Positions 24,317 to 24,554 of a DNA stretch of 24,554 nucleotides are shown here, piece by piece. This stretch comes from Archangiaceae bacterium. Its GTDB lineage: Bacteria; Myxococcota; Myxococcia; Myxococcales; Myxococcaceae. Each line of letters begins with the position of its first letter. The first letter of the stretch is position 1. Under the pieces are notes generated by a model, which saw only the letters and a program-made list of their open reading frames with translations, did not search any database and had not been told where the DNA came from. The stretch lies in assembly GCA_043750125.1 (NCBI GenBank), contig JAYVCD010000132.1:1-24554 (forward strand), written 5' to 3'. A program made the position numbers and the translations under genes.

Positions 24317-24554
24317 TACTTCGAGTCCTTCTTCGCACCATCTGGATACAAGACGTTTCGCAGCATGTCGAACTGGGTCTTGAGCTGCGCGTCGATGGTG
24401 CCGAACTCAGTTTGAATGATGCACCCGCCCTGTTCGATGTCCGCGTCATCGCGAATCGCCAGCTCGAGGGTGCGACCGATCTGCTCCATCAGCTTGGGCC
24501 GCTTCTCGCGCAACAGCGCCCCGTCTTTAGGATTCACCCGCAGGATCATCGCTT
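24316..24554 (-). CDS. sctL: T3SS stator protein SctL (FliH), C-terminal part (partial)
   Basis: LRVNPKD...D..IEQGGCIIQTEFGTIDAQL FliH/SctL C-terminal signature; reading frame open to the window edge; TAGTG overlap with sctN. Confidence 0.9.
   Translation of the reverse strand, partial: AMILRVNPKDGALLREKRPKLMEQIGRTLELAIRDDADIEQGGCIIQTEFGTIDAQLKTQFDMLRNVLYPDGAKKDSK

Noticed and set aside
10777-24554. Interpretation as a flagellar operon
   Set aside because: No rod, hook, flagellin, motor or CheY-binding features in this window; SycD-type chaperones, a fused SctQ and an SctF-like protein point to a non-flagellar T3SS.
1-24554. Mobile elements, tRNA/rRNA, CRISPR arrays
   Set aside because: None seen; the window is almost fully tiled by protein-coding genes with short intergenic gaps and no transposase/integrase motifs.

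Overview
High-GC window, most consistent with a myxobacterium (Myxococcota), judged from Gly/DAG-rich Cys-lipoproteins and the T3SS gene order. The left part (1-10748) is a mixed housekeeping/accessory region: a partial RlmI-like PUA methyltransferase, HAD-IIB hydrolase, hypothetical protein, CorA with a GQN motif, alpha/beta hydrolase, Cys-repeat lipoprotein, M19 dipeptidase and a stand-alone PaaZ/BoxD-type aldehyde dehydrogenase. It also holds a three-gene operon with two paralogous lipoprotein cytochromes whose three heme motifs are all CX3CH, and thiS-thiG-thiE/tenI. The right part (10777-24554, minus strand) is the distal half of a Myxococcales-type type III secretion cluster: sctL'-sctN-sctO-sctP-sctQ-fliO-sctR-sctS-sctT-sctU, a free SctU C-terminal copy, an unknown ORF, TPR chaperones and sctV. 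Best leads: (1) a 212-aa 'hypothetical' whose C-terminal 36 residues align without gaps to the SctF/PrgI needle polymerisation helix, with its own sigma28-like promoter, strong RBS and intrinsic terminator, i.e. a candidate extended needle/filament subunit regulated like flagellin; (2) several flagellar relics in an injectisome-like cluster; (3) the CX3CH lipoprotein cytochrome operon; (4) a recurring TAnnnT box 7-11 nt before SD-less start codons, suggesting leaderless internal promoters. Family assignments come from motif recognition and recalled reference sequences; no searches were run.
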